DNA of 64,000 nt from an uncultured bacterium (GTDB lineage: Bacteria > Muiribacteriota > UBA6191). The translations under genes and the position numbers were made by a program. Where the stretch lies: contig CAZRWM010000001.1 of assembly GCA_964603885.1 (NCBI GenBank), positions 729 through 64,728 on the forward strand, given 5' to 3'. Shown here piece after piece: positions 30,060 through 39,183 of this stretch (positions are counted from its first letter, which is position 1; each line of letters starts with the position of its first letter). The notes beneath the pieces were generated by a model. That model had not been told where the DNA came from. It did not search any database and worked only from the letters and a program-made list of their open reading frames with translations.

Positions 30060-30340
30060 TTTTGATTCTTGTATAGAAATCCGTTCAAAGCTATAAAAGT
30101 ATCCTCCACCAATGACTTTTCTCTCCAATAACCATTTTTGGTTTCAGTGATGCCATTATCCTGCTTTAGAAATCCATTCAGTTTTCTATCCATCGTTTTA
30201 CGATCGTAACTTAGAAGAAGATTTTGGGGGTCCTCCTGACATCTTAGCTCTCGGAGTAATTTAGCATTAGATTTCAGTAGATTTAATAATTCTCTTCGTT
30301 TCGACCTAGACTCATTTGATGCTTGCTTCGATTTTTCCAT
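30056..30340 (-). CDS. small basic hypothetical protein
   Basis: 94-aa ORF overlapping the upstream ORF by 58 nt in another frame. Possibly real, possibly the product of a frameshift. Confidence 0.25.
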   Translation of the reverse strand: MEKSKQASNESRSKRRELLNLLKSNAKLLRELRCQEDPQNLLLSYDRKTMDRKLNGFLKQDNGITETKNGYWREKSLVEDTFIALNGFLYKNQN

Positions 30341-30807
30341 AAAGGTTTTACTGCGACTGGTACTTGAGTGAATTCAATAATTTCGTTCCCCGAATCATCG
30401 GCAATTACATTGCGACTCCTGAGAGCCTCAAGACCCGAAACTTTTGTAGCAGGTTGATTTTTTATCCTGACATAAAAACTTATTCGATATCTACTATCAC
30501 AAGAAAAATCACTAAGAGTCATTAGATAATCGGAAGCTTCCTTGGTGCCGTTTACGGTAACTAGTTCAGTCGAGTCGCAGGGATTTATCAAAAGAGCAGC
30601 ATTAAATTTCAGTCTACTTTTTTGTTTAATACCACTTGTATATGTCCTTAACCCGAGATAAGTTTCCTTGAAGTCGAGATTTTTCACAGTATTTAATTCA
30701 GGTAATCTATTACCCAATCCGACTTTTAAGGCCATAGTGTTTTGAGTGCAAAGATGAAAACTGAATATGCATACACACATTAAAAGTAAACGACTCAGGA
30801 AATACAT
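30283..30807 (-). CDS. secreted/lipoprotein-like hypothetical protein
   Basis: N-terminal signal peptide with Cys (MYFLSRLLLMCVCIFSFHLC). 174 aa. Confidence 0.45.
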   Translation of the reverse strand: MYFLSRLLLMCVCIFSFHLCTQNTMALKVGLGNRLPELNTVKNLDFKETYLGLRTYTSGIKQKSRLKFNAALLINPCDSTELVTVNGTKEASDYLMTLSDFSCDSRYRISFYVRIKNQPATKVSGLEALRSRNVIADDSGNEIIEFTQVPVAVKPLWKNRSKHQMSLGRNEENY

Positions 30808-30916
30808 TTTGTTAAATTAGACTAAAGCTCGGTAAATATTAAATAATCGGGTTACTATTTAAGTCGAACAAAATGGCTTTTAGTATAATATTTGATGAGT
30901 TTTTATGAGTGAACAT

Positions 30917-31558
30917 CTAAGGGATTAGAACTGCCCGCACGGGACTAGCATCCGCATCGACTAAAGGTAATGGTAAAGCAATCAAATTATAAACACCTGG
31001 ATCAACCTGATCTAGAATAATACCTTCAAGAATAGCTAAATCGTGTTCACTGACAGCTTTATGAGCAGGAAGACTTTTGCTATCAGAGGAATCAATACTT
31101 GGGGTATCGATTCCTAATAAAATTCCACCTCGATGAGCGAAGTTCGTTACTAGTTGGGGACAAAAAAACCAGAAATCATGATTCCAATTCTGTGAATCTG
31201 GAAAGCTACCTGTTTTGAACAAAATCCTTGGTGCAGGTAACTCCTCGGGCAAGTAATCCATCCCAATTTTACCATCCTCACATCGTGCTACTTCAATAAC
31301 TGCACATGAACCTATATATAGATTTAGACTCCTCGAATAGATACCAGAACCATCGGGAGAGTAATGATTTGGAGCATCTGTATGGGCACCTACATGGAGG
31401 GTGCTTCTGATAGAAGATAAGGTCAAATGATCGCCCTGAGCTACATCCATTGAGACATCTCTTTGAAAAGAAACATCTCCTGGAAAAACTGCTATTTTAT
31501 CGCTAATCGGCGGACTTATATCAATAATTCGTATTCCTTCCCAACTATTTTCAGACAT
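30917..31558 (-). CDS. kynB: kynurenine formamidase (cyclase-family arylformamidase)
   Basis: Cyclase-family motif HVGAHTDAPNHY (HxGTHxDxPxH). Start placed at the second Met (minus-strand ATG at 31558..31556), 4 nt after the upstream stop, rather than the overlapping 31588 start. Confidence 0.75.
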   Translation of the reverse strand: MSENSWEGIRIIDISPPISDKIAVFPGDVSFQRDVSMDVAQGDHLTLSSIRSTLHVGAHTDAPNHYSPDGSGIYSRSLNLYIGSCAVIEVARCEDGKIGMDYLPEELPAPRILFKTGSFPDSQNWNHDFWFFCPQLVTNFAHRGGILLGIDTPSIDSSDSKSLPAHKAVSEHDLAILEGIILDQVDPGVYNLIALPLPLVDADASPVRAVLIP

Positions 31559-31562
31559 TGTC

Positions 31563-32888
31563 TTATCCTTTTTCTGGTTTACGCGCAACTACTTTGAATT
31601 CTACATGAATAGGAGTCGGTAGAGCCTCTATACCAACCGTGGTTCTAGTAGGTCCATCTTGTGGAAAATACTCCCCGTAAATCTCATTAAATTTCTTGAA
31701 ATCGGCCTCCATATCTGTGAGAAAAACTTGAACATCAACAACATCGCTTAAATTACATCCCGAAGCCTCAAGTACTGCTTTGATATTTCGGAAGACCCCA
31801 TGAGTCTCAGCACTTATGTCATAAGATAAAACATTACCTTTCGAATCCATTCTTAAACCAGGAATATTATCAGTCCCCCTTTCTCTTGGACCTATACCCG
31901 AAAGAAAAATAAAATCGCCTTCCTCTCTCGCATGAGGGTACGGTCCTACGGGCAATGCAGCCTCATGACTTTCAATCACGGTAGTACTTTCAATCACGGT
32001 AGTACTTTCAACTTTCCCCTGATCAGCGCCAAGAGGCTGATTCCAGAGTTTTCTTAAATCCGCATTGGGATACAAACCCACCAAAGCTGCGCCCGTTCCC
32101 CATACAGGTTGGTATTCAAAAACTTGACCACTGAACTCATTAGATTCCAGACCTATTGAATTCAACCACCATATTCCTTTGAATTGCATATCTCCATTGG
32201 CCTCTCGAGCAAATTCACGAGCACACTGAGCCACATCCTCAAGACGACCCTCAGCTAATAATTCCAAGATCTTCAAATTCCATTCATTATCCTTTTTACT
32301 TGATACATAATCCTCCGGAGGATTGATATCGTGAGTGAAATAACGATTTGACAAGTTACTTATGAGTATTACCACCACTCTTTTATCATATTTTTTGAGT
32401 GCCCTAAGCGTACTAGCTCCAATCGCCATGGTCTCCTGTTTCTCAGCATACATATTGCAACTGAGCATACTTGCAGCATAACGATTTTCCGGATTAATTA
32501 GCTTCTGAGCAACTACAGTGCCTGTGTCAATGGGAAAACCCTCATAATTAACTAGCATTGTGTGCCTACCGGTTTTTTTTACTTCTGCGGCATGAATTGG
32601 TGCAAAAACCTCATCTACCTTGAACTTGTATGGCATAGTTCCCAGATCATGCCAATTAGAATCTACATGAACCCATTCCGGTGAGGGATCTGACTGAAAA
32701 AGCCAACCTAAAACGGATAGCCATTGTGTTGACATGTAAAGAATCATATCGGGTTCGAGTTGGTTAATTTCCTCACGAACGCAAGCATATCCTTCATTTA
32801 ACTTCTGCCAAGCAGGACTCTCACTCGGAGTGAGTAAAATATGGGGCTGTCCGGCTAGTAAATACATTGCAGGAATTTCAAAACTCAT
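31563..32888 (-). CDS. fusion protein: LigB-type extradiol dioxygenase non-catalytic alpha-like subunit (AmnA-like) + RidA/YjgF-family deaminase (AmnD-like)
   Basis: N-terminal ~300 aa has the class III extradiol dioxygenase fold but lacks the His ligand motif. C-terminal ~125 aa carries RidA hallmarks (LPVGPYPHA...FLSGIGP...HGVFRNIKAVLEASGCNLSDVVDVQVFLTDM...RTTVGIEALPTPIHVEFKVVA). Linker contains VES-TTVIES-TTVIES. Confidence 0.7.
   Translation of the reverse strand: MSFEIPAMYLLAGQPHILLTPSESPAWQKLNEGYACVREEINQLEPDMILYMSTQWLSVLGWLFQSDPSPEWVHVDSNWHDLGTMPYKFKVDEVFAPIHAAEVKKTGRHTMLVNYEGFPIDTGTVVAQKLINPENRYAASMLSCNMYAEKQETMAIGASTLRALKKYDKRVVVILISNLSNRYFTHDINPPEDYVSSKKDNEWNLKILELLAEGRLEDVAQCAREFAREANGDMQFKGIWWLNSIGLESNEFSGQVFEYQPVWGTGAALVGLYPNADLRKLWNQPLGADQGKVESTTVIESTTVIESHEAALPVGPYPHAREEGDFIFLSGIGPRERGTDNIPGLRMDSKGNVLSYDISAETHGVFRNIKAVLEASGCNLSDVVDVQVFLTDMEADFKKFNEIYGEYFPQDGPTRTTVGIEALPTPIHVEFKVVARKPEKG
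31970..32015. repeat. 18-bp direct tandem repeat (~2.4 copies) encoding TTVIES linker repeat
   Basis: tttcaatcacggtagtac repeated twice in tandem, followed by a partial third copy, inside the CDS 31563..32888. Confidence 0.85.
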
Positions 32889-33820
32889 AGATCCTCCCCC
32901 CTGCTAATTGCATCCCATTCGACTACTGCGTTACCCGTACCAATGACTGAGCCGTAAGAGTGAACCTCTGCAGGGTAATCTGGCACATCCATTGCATGTA
33001 GCATCCAAGCCAAAGCTCCTGCTTTGACCTCAGCAACAGCCATGTCAAAAAATTCTGGTAGAATGTCGAGTAGTTGCTGGCATTCACCCCTCTTCATTAA
33101 GTCTAAAACTTGCATATCCCATAAGTACTGTCCATGATGATAAATATGCTCTTTGCTCATATCTTCAGGGATGTCTGCTTCCCATGTAAAGTGTCGATGG
33201 GAGAGCGAATTACTCGCCAGTAGCCAGGCCTTTTTACCGGAATCAACTATCGCTTGGGCTGTAGCTCTACCTAATTTAGCCATTTCTTTCTGACCCACCT
33301 CGTTAGAAAAGTAATATGGTGAATTGTTTGAAGAAATACAAACTATGGGAATATCCCAGTCGGGATTAACCATATGAAGCGAAATAATTGTCCCGTAATC
33401 GATTCTAAAATTAGGATTTTGCATTACTTTCATGGTTAATCCCTGTTTTTCACCTCCCGTCTTTATTGCCATTGATAGTTCAACATCTACCTCTAAATCA
33501 TATTTATAACGAAATAGATGCGGAAAAATGGGATCAACCGATAATCCATGAAATTCTGGTAGACCCAACACATGGTGCCCAACTACAGTCTGCCAGTGTG
33601 GGGAATGTACCAACAGTACATCAGGCGGATCTTTTTTTAATTTTTTACGAACATTATCATAACCCCATCGAATAACCTCCCAGCCACCTTCACTTCTGGG
33701 TTCATTACGCTCCGGATTTTCCGCATACACAAGGTGAGGTGGATGAGGAGCAAGAATTCCCTTAGTTATAACACCTTTAGTAACTGTCATGCTAACTCCT
33801 AAATCATCAAATAAGTGCAA
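32885..33820 (-). CDS. LigB-type (class III) extradiol ring-cleavage dioxygenase catalytic beta subunit (2-aminophenol 1,6-dioxygenase AmnB-like)
   Basis: 311 aa. N-terminal LAPHPPHL His-Pro metal-ligand motif typical of the LigB family, plus SPHW and a C-terminal His. ATGA overlap with the downstream alpha-like gene. Confidence 0.75.
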   Translation of the reverse strand: MHLFDDLGVSMTVTKGVITKGILAPHPPHLVYAENPERNEPRSEGGWEVIRWGYDNVRKKLKKDPPDVLLVHSPHWQTVVGHHVLGLPEFHGLSVDPIFPHLFRYKYDLEVDVELSMAIKTGGEKQGLTMKVMQNPNFRIDYGTIISLHMVNPDWDIPIVCISSNNSPYYFSNEVGQKEMAKLGRATAQAIVDSGKKAWLLASNSLSHRHFTWEADIPEDMSKEHIYHHGQYLWDMQVLDLMKRGECQQLLDILPEFFDMAVAEVKAGALAWMLHAMDVPDYPAEVHSYGSVIGTGNAVVEWDAISRGEDL

Positions 33821-35255
33821 TGCAAACGTTTTTAGATTCAGTATAGAAATCTATCGAATAATGCCCGCCCTCGCGACCTACTCCGCTAGCTTTATAACCT
33901 CCAAATGGAGTTTTAAGATCTCTCTTAAGCCAGGTATTGACCCAGATTATACCTGCCTTTAAACCTGCTGCAAAACGATGGGTTCTCGTAGAATCTTTCG
34001 TCCAAATAGTTGCTGATAAACCATACGGAGTATCATTGGCCAGTTTGAGCGCCTCTTGCTCACTGCTGAAAGACTGTAATGTTACAACAGGACCAAAAAT
34101 TTCTTGCTGAATTACATCACAGTCTTGGGATAGTCCTTCTATCACTGTTGGCAGAATAAAATAACCCTTGCTCAGTCCATCCTCTAACAAAGGGATCTCT
34201 CCGCCACAAAGAACCGTACCACCCAACTGTCTCGCACTATCAATATATGACAAAACTTTATCTCTGTGCGAGGCGCTTATCAGCGCACCCAGATCACTAT
34301 TTTCACAAAAAGGATCTCCAGTTATGAGTGATTTTACTTTAGCAACAAATGCTTGTTTGAATTGATCATAGATACTTTCTTGAATTAGTATTCGAGATCC
34401 ACAAAGACATATTTCGCCTTGATTAGTAAATGCTGACCGCACACTTTCTTCAACTGCCAAATCAAAATCGGCGTCAGCGAAAATCACATTTGGATTCTTA
34501 CCGCCCAACTCCAAAGAAAGTTTTTTAAAGTAAGGCGCAGCTTGCCGTTGAATATCTACAGCTGTCTGGGTGCCCCCGGTAAAAGAAATCAGTGGTATAT
34601 CAGGGTGAGCTGAAATTGCACGTCCTACCTGATGGCCCAGTCCATGAACTAAGTTTACTACCCCTGGTGGTAAATCAATCTCAGAAAATATCTCACATAG
34701 GGCATTAGCCGTAGCAGGAGTTAATTCACTGCATTTAGCCACACAGGTATTACCACAGGCAATAGCCGGAGCTATTTTCCAGGTCAGAAGATAAAGTGGT
34801 AAATTCCAAGGACTAATCAAACCGGCAACCCCTATGGGTTCTCTCAATGAATAATTAATCGCTTGACCATCCATTGTACTTGCCTGCTCCAGATGATGAG
34901 AAATTGCTCCCGCAAAAAATCTAAAATTGCTGGCAGCCCTTGGGATATCTATTTTTAATGCAAGATTTAGTGGTTTACCCTGATCAGTAGATTCTAATTC
35001 AGCAAGATATTGGGCTTTATTTTCGATGGCCTCAGCAATTCTATTTAAGAAATTGATTCGAGAGGCTAGTGGCAATTTCGACCATGAATAAAAAGCCTTA
35101 TTAGCCGCCTGAACAGCTGTATTTACATCGACAACCGAAGATGAAACCACCCTAGCATAAACCTTTCCCGTGGAAGGCTGATATACATTCATTTGATCAC
35201 CACTAGCTGCATCGATGAACTGACCATTTATATAATTTTTAAAAATCACCAACAC
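33807..35255 (-). CDS. NAD-dependent aldehyde dehydrogenase (2-aminomuconic/2-hydroxymuconic semialdehyde dehydrogenase-like)
   Basis: ALDH motifs LELGGKNP, catalytic Cys region GQ(V/I)C...(EICLCGSRIL), GxxxxG NAD site. 482 aa. Sits between LigB dioxygenase genes, as amnC does. Confidence 0.85.
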   Translation of the reverse strand: MLVIFKNYINGQFIDAASGDQMNVYQPSTGKVYARVVSSSVVDVNTAVQAANKAFYSWSKLPLASRINFLNRIAEAIENKAQYLAELESTDQGKPLNLALKIDIPRAASNFRFFAGAISHHLEQASTMDGQAINYSLREPIGVAGLISPWNLPLYLLTWKIAPAIACGNTCVAKCSELTPATANALCEIFSEIDLPPGVVNLVHGLGHQVGRAISAHPDIPLISFTGGTQTAVDIQRQAAPYFKKLSLELGGKNPNVIFADADFDLAVEESVRSAFTNQGEICLCGSRILIQESIYDQFKQAFVAKVKSLITGDPFCENSDLGALISASHRDKVLSYIDSARQLGGTVLCGGEIPLLEDGLSKGYFILPTVIEGLSQDCDVIQQEIFGPVVTLQSFSSEQEALKLANDTPYGLSATIWTKDSTRTHRFAAGLKAGIIWVNTWLKRDLKTPFGGYKASGVGREGGHYSIDFYTESKNVCIALI

Positions 35256-36286
35256 TACTCCAGATATTTCTCAGGGTCAAATTCCCAACGATCACGATCC
35301 ACATCCCAGCTATCCCAGGCTTGAATAGACGATATTTTATGACGTAATTTTGGTGGTATTACATCATTGACAATGAATCCCTTCTGACGATCTAATGCAT
35401 AAGGATTGCGAAGTTCAAAATCTAATACACCCAGTATCCATCTTGCGACAAACCAAGTCGCTGTGTTGTCCCAGCCATGTGCAATTTTAACAACGACCCC
35501 TAAACCCTCTGGATAATCTTCATGCTTAATGGCCAGTCCAAGGAGCCCATCAGCGCCCTCTTTGGCGATAATTCTCCCATCACAACTCTTCATTATGGTG
35601 CTATCTAGACGATTGAATCCACCAACTAAGTCAGGGTTACGCACCATAGACTCCCATATCCAGTCCTCATCTTTTCGGGTAACCAATGAAGCATACATAG
35701 TTGCTAACTCATTTACACTCATACTTAAAGTTGGTAAACCGCAACCATCCTTCGCAATCACACTAGGTTTCCATTCAGTACCTAATAATTTTTGTACCTC
35801 TTTAATATATTCTTGAGTAAACTGATGATGAGGCCATGTATAACCTACTCGGGACCAGCCTTTAAGTTGACAACCTCTTAAAATAGCAGCATGCTCACCC
35901 GAGCAAGTATGATACCAGCGCCTTGGTCGACGGCGCTGCTTACCGAATTGAATCATGGGAAGTGCATGAGGAGTCTGCATTAATCCTAATTCTGACTCTT
36001 TAAGAATAGATTTAACCGTCCGTACATGCTCTGTATCCCCATTATGGCTGGAGACAGAAATCGCCTTTTGGTCCCAGTTAAGAATATTATCCAAATCCCT
36101 ACTAAATACCCTCATCATAACTGGTTTCATCATGCTACGACCATAGCAAACAACATTTCCTCCCCAACTGTAGATTAAACGCTTACCAGTAACCCATGCT
36201 ACTGCGCCATGTATGGTGCATTCGGCGACACCATTTCGCCGATACTCGACTAGGGGAACCCAAGCATTGCTAATATCTGTGCTCAC
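35255..36286 (-). CDS. asparaginase II (PF06089-like) family protein
   Basis: Blocks SSHNGDTEHV and KDGCGLPTLSMSVNELATMYA resemble the L-asparaginase II (AnsA-like) family. Function in this operon unknown. Confidence 0.5.
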   Translation of the reverse strand: MSTDISNAWVPLVEYRRNGVAECTIHGAVAWVTGKRLIYSWGGNVVCYGRSMMKPVMMRVFSRDLDNILNWDQKAISVSSHNGDTEHVRTVKSILKESELGLMQTPHALPMIQFGKQRRRPRRWYHTCSGEHAAILRGCQLKGWSRVGYTWPHHQFTQEYIKEVQKLLGTEWKPSVIAKDGCGLPTLSMSVNELATMYASLVTRKDEDWIWESMVRNPDLVGGFNRLDSTIMKSCDGRIIAKEGADGLLGLAIKHEDYPEGLGVVVKIAHGWDNTATWFVARWILGVLDFELRNPYALDRQKGFIVNDVIPPKLRHKISSIQAWDSWDVDRDRWEFDPEKYLE

Positions 36287-36301
36287 AGCTTGCCTCCATT
36301 C

Positions 36302-37513
36302 TCAAAAGTGAGGGGCTACTTTTTCCATAAATAGTCGCATACATTGCATAACTTCATTACTGTTATGATTGTTGAAATCAAACCAAAGAAGTAATTTATC
36401 TTGAGGATTGAATCGCTGCCTTATTTGATCTACAACATCCTCAGGCGTTCCGACGAGAGCATTGTCGGTGGCGTTGGCTACCTTAGCAGGGTCAAGAGTA
36501 CCCTCGATAGCTTTCCAGTAATTTTCATTCGCGTTGACTGCAGCCTTCTTTGCTCGGTCACGTCTTTCATCGATTCCCACACCCTGATCATCATTCAAAA
36601 AGCATAGTACTGTCCGAGGCATATATTCACGTTTCCAAGGGCCGCCCAAGGAATGATAAATTTTGCTCATCTTGGCGTGAGTTTCCTCAATCTGCTTTGT
36701 AGGTGTTATAGATAAATTAAAAACAGACACCGGTAGTATCTCATTTGCTAGCGCATGAACTTCGGGGTCCGCGGAGCCAACTGTCAATCTTAGTTTTTCA
36801 ATAGGTGCCTCAAATGGTATCACCCCAACAGGATCAAAATCATAAAATGAAGGAATTATGACATGATCTACTGACTCACCGACGGCCTGCTCAACTGCTT
36901 CCCAATCTTCTTTATTCCTGAAATCCGTAGGTCTTATATAACCACGCTGACGAATGTCATCTGAACCGATAACCTCACCTTTCAGTAGACGGCAAAAAAT
37001 TTCAGTAGCCTCCTGAAAAACCCGGCCTTTCAAGACAGGCCAAAGAGCTTTTTCGACAGGATTACGAGGCCGAATTCCGTAAGGCGTATTACTAAAAGGA
37101 AAACGACCCGATGCAAAACCGATATTAAGTCCTCGAGAATCTTTCGCATCCATGCGATGGATGGTTAGAAAAGTACGAATCGCTTCAGCATGAGCCAATG
37201 GGCCACCATTACACAAAATATTTCTAATCGCCGAACCCACTTCAATGTTTCTAGTTCGAGCATAAAGCCAATGGGCCATCTGTAAAATATCAGTATTTAA
37301 TCCAATCTCTCCCTGAAAATGAGGAACTACGGCTCCTGGATTTTTTTTCTGAATCTGACAGGATAGATGCGTCTCTGCAATCCAGCCAATCCCAAATCCC
37401 AGCTTATCAGCGAGCAAAAATTGCTCAAGAAAATTCTTGAACATGGTTTGCTCGTCTGGAGTGTGTCCATCCACCGGGGTTTGACAAATTGCAAAGAAGA
37501 TATCAAATTTCAT
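36302..37513 (-). CDS. LLM-class (luciferase-like) flavin-dependent monooxygenase/oxidoreductase
   Basis: N-terminal MKFDIFF...GWIAETHL pattern and TIM-barrel LLM features. 403 aa. Confidence 0.65.
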   Translation of the reverse strand: MKFDIFFAICQTPVDGHTPDEQTMFKNFLEQFLLADKLGFGIGWIAETHLSCQIQKKNPGAVVPHFQGEIGLNTDILQMAHWLYARTRNIEVGSAIRNILCNGGPLAHAEAIRTFLTIHRMDAKDSRGLNIGFASGRFPFSNTPYGIRPRNPVEKALWPVLKGRVFQEATEIFCRLLKGEVIGSDDIRQRGYIRPTDFRNKEDWEAVEQAVGESVDHVIIPSFYDFDPVGVIPFEAPIEKLRLTVGSADPEVHALANEILPVSVFNLSITPTKQIEETHAKMSKIYHSLGGPWKREYMPRTVLCFLNDDQGVGIDERRDRAKKAAVNANENYWKAIEGTLDPAKVANATDNALVGTPEDVVDQIRQRFNPQDKLLLWFDFNNHNSNEVMQCMRLFMEKVAPHF

Positions 37514-38295
37514 AGACTAGGCGTCCTTCCTCCGTCGACCGGTAAATTTATCCCAGTAATATAGGCCGCACCGGGACTCGCTAGAAAAGTAACTGCATTT
37601 GCTACTTCTTCTGCTTCCGCAAAACGACCCAACGGTACTTTATCTTTCCAAGTCTCTATAATTTTATTTTCACTTATGCCCTGTCTTGAGCTAGCGGATT
37701 TAATGAGCTCTTGTAAGCGCTCTGTATTGGTGTAGCCAGGTAATACGTTATTCACTGTAATACCGTATTGGCCTAGCTCATTAGATAATGATTTAGACCA
37801 ACTAGCCACCGCCCCCCGAATTGTATTGCTCACCCCAAGATTAGGTATAGGAGCTTTCACAGAAGTAGAAATAATCTGAATGATTCGCCCGTACTGAGTA
37901 GTTTTCATACCTTCTAAACATAAGTTCACCAGCAATTGAGAAGCTAAGACATGATTTTGGAGCCCTTCAACAAATATTCTTTCGCTAGCCTCCAATAGTG
38001 GACCTGCCTTTGGCCCCCCTGAATTATTTATTAGAATATTTACAGGTCTACGATCTACCAAGCCCGACACAGCTTTTGTTAAGGAATCTGGATCACCTAG
38101 GTCTACTGCTAAAACCTCATGATTACTCCCGGGGAGCTCCTTTATTAAGCTTTCCATAGCATCGTAATTTCTAGCTAGTAGTACAACCGAACAACCTAAC
38201 TCGGCGAGAGACTTCGCACAAGCTGCTCCGATGCCCCGACTAGCACCACAAACAATAGCCCTTTTACCACTCAAAGATTGTACTACTCCTGGCAT
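37510..38295 (-). CDS. SDR-family oxidoreductase
   Basis: Gly-rich NAD(P) motif GASRGIGAA, NNSG, catalytic YxxxK-type region. Confidence 0.85.
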   Translation of the reverse strand: MPGVVQSLSGKRAIVCGASRGIGAACAKSLAELGCSVVLLARNYDAMESLIKELPGSNHEVLAVDLGDPDSLTKAVSGLVDRRPVNILINNSGGPKAGPLLEASERIFVEGLQNHVLASQLLVNLCLEGMKTTQYGRIIQIISTSVKAPIPNLGVSNTIRGAVASWSKSLSNELGQYGITVNNVLPGYTNTERLQELIKSASSRQGISENKIIETWKDKVPLGRFAEAEEVANAVTFLASPGAAYITGINLPVDGGRTPSL

Positions 38296-39138
38296 TTATC
38301 CCCCATAATTCCCACTACCAATATGATTACGAACTTCCCAGATCTCAGGAAAATATTTGAGATGCGAACGAGATTGAAGAAACTTATAACCAGCACTGCC
38401 ACCGGTACCTTTTTTGTGACCTATTGTGCGTTCTACCATTAACATATGCGTCGATCTAAAAAGAGAAAATTTCTCGTCAAAATCCATCATCGCTTCGAAT
38501 AGAAGGCACAAATGATAGTCATCACCTGGATCAGTGTAGATTCCCCTCAAGACTTCAATTAAATCGGGATTCATAACATGATTTTGTGTATAGTCTCGAG
38601 TTACGCATTCCACAGGTATTGAATACCCAAGTAGCTTTAAACTATTCCAAAATTCATCGTAAATCGATGGTAATCTACTAATTTCTTCAAGTTTTTGAGC
38701 TACTTCAGGTTTAGACTCAAAAAACTTGAGAAAAAACGCATCACGCACCCCAAATTTAAATTCTATCTCACGAAATTGAACTGATTGAAAACCACTCGCT
38801 GGATTAAGACTATCCCGAAAACCGGCGAATTCTACCGGTGTAAGCGTTGATAAAAGATTAATTTGCTTGACCATTAAATCCATAATTGCCGTAATGCGCT
38901 TAAAACCCTTTAATGCTCTGCTTACAGAGGGCTTTTGAAAAGCTTCAATCACCTTATCTGATTCATGCAGAATATTCTTAAACCATAGCTCAGAAGCCTG
39001 ATGAATAATGATAAAAAACATTTCATCATGATGCTGGGGCTCAGAAATTAAATCCTGCAATTCTAGCAATTGGGGAATTTTTAAGTATGAGTTGTAATTA
39101 AGTTTCTCTAACACCAAAGAATCGTATTTTATAGTCAT
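38296..39138 (-). CDS. kynA: tryptophan 2,3-dioxygenase
   Basis: YNSYLKIPQLLELQ...HDEMFFIIIHQASELWFK matches the bacterial TDO signature (YxxYLxLDxLLxxQ...SDEHLFIITHQAYELWFKQ). 280 aa. Confidence 0.8.
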   Translation of the reverse strand: MTIKYDSLVLEKLNYNSYLKIPQLLELQDLISEPQHHDEMFFIIIHQASELWFKNILHESDKVIEAFQKPSVSRALKGFKRITAIMDLMVKQINLLSTLTPVEFAGFRDSLNPASGFQSVQFREIEFKFGVRDAFFLKFFESKPEVAQKLEEISRLPSIYDEFWNSLKLLGYSIPVECVTRDYTQNHVMNPDLIEVLRGIYTDPGDDYHLCLLFEAMMDFDEKFSLFRSTHMLMVERTIGHKKGTGGSAGYKFLQSRSHLKYFPEIWEVRNHIGSGNYGG

Positions 39139-39183
39139 AGTGGACTAAATATAGCACAGCGAAATTCCTCTGAATGGGATATT

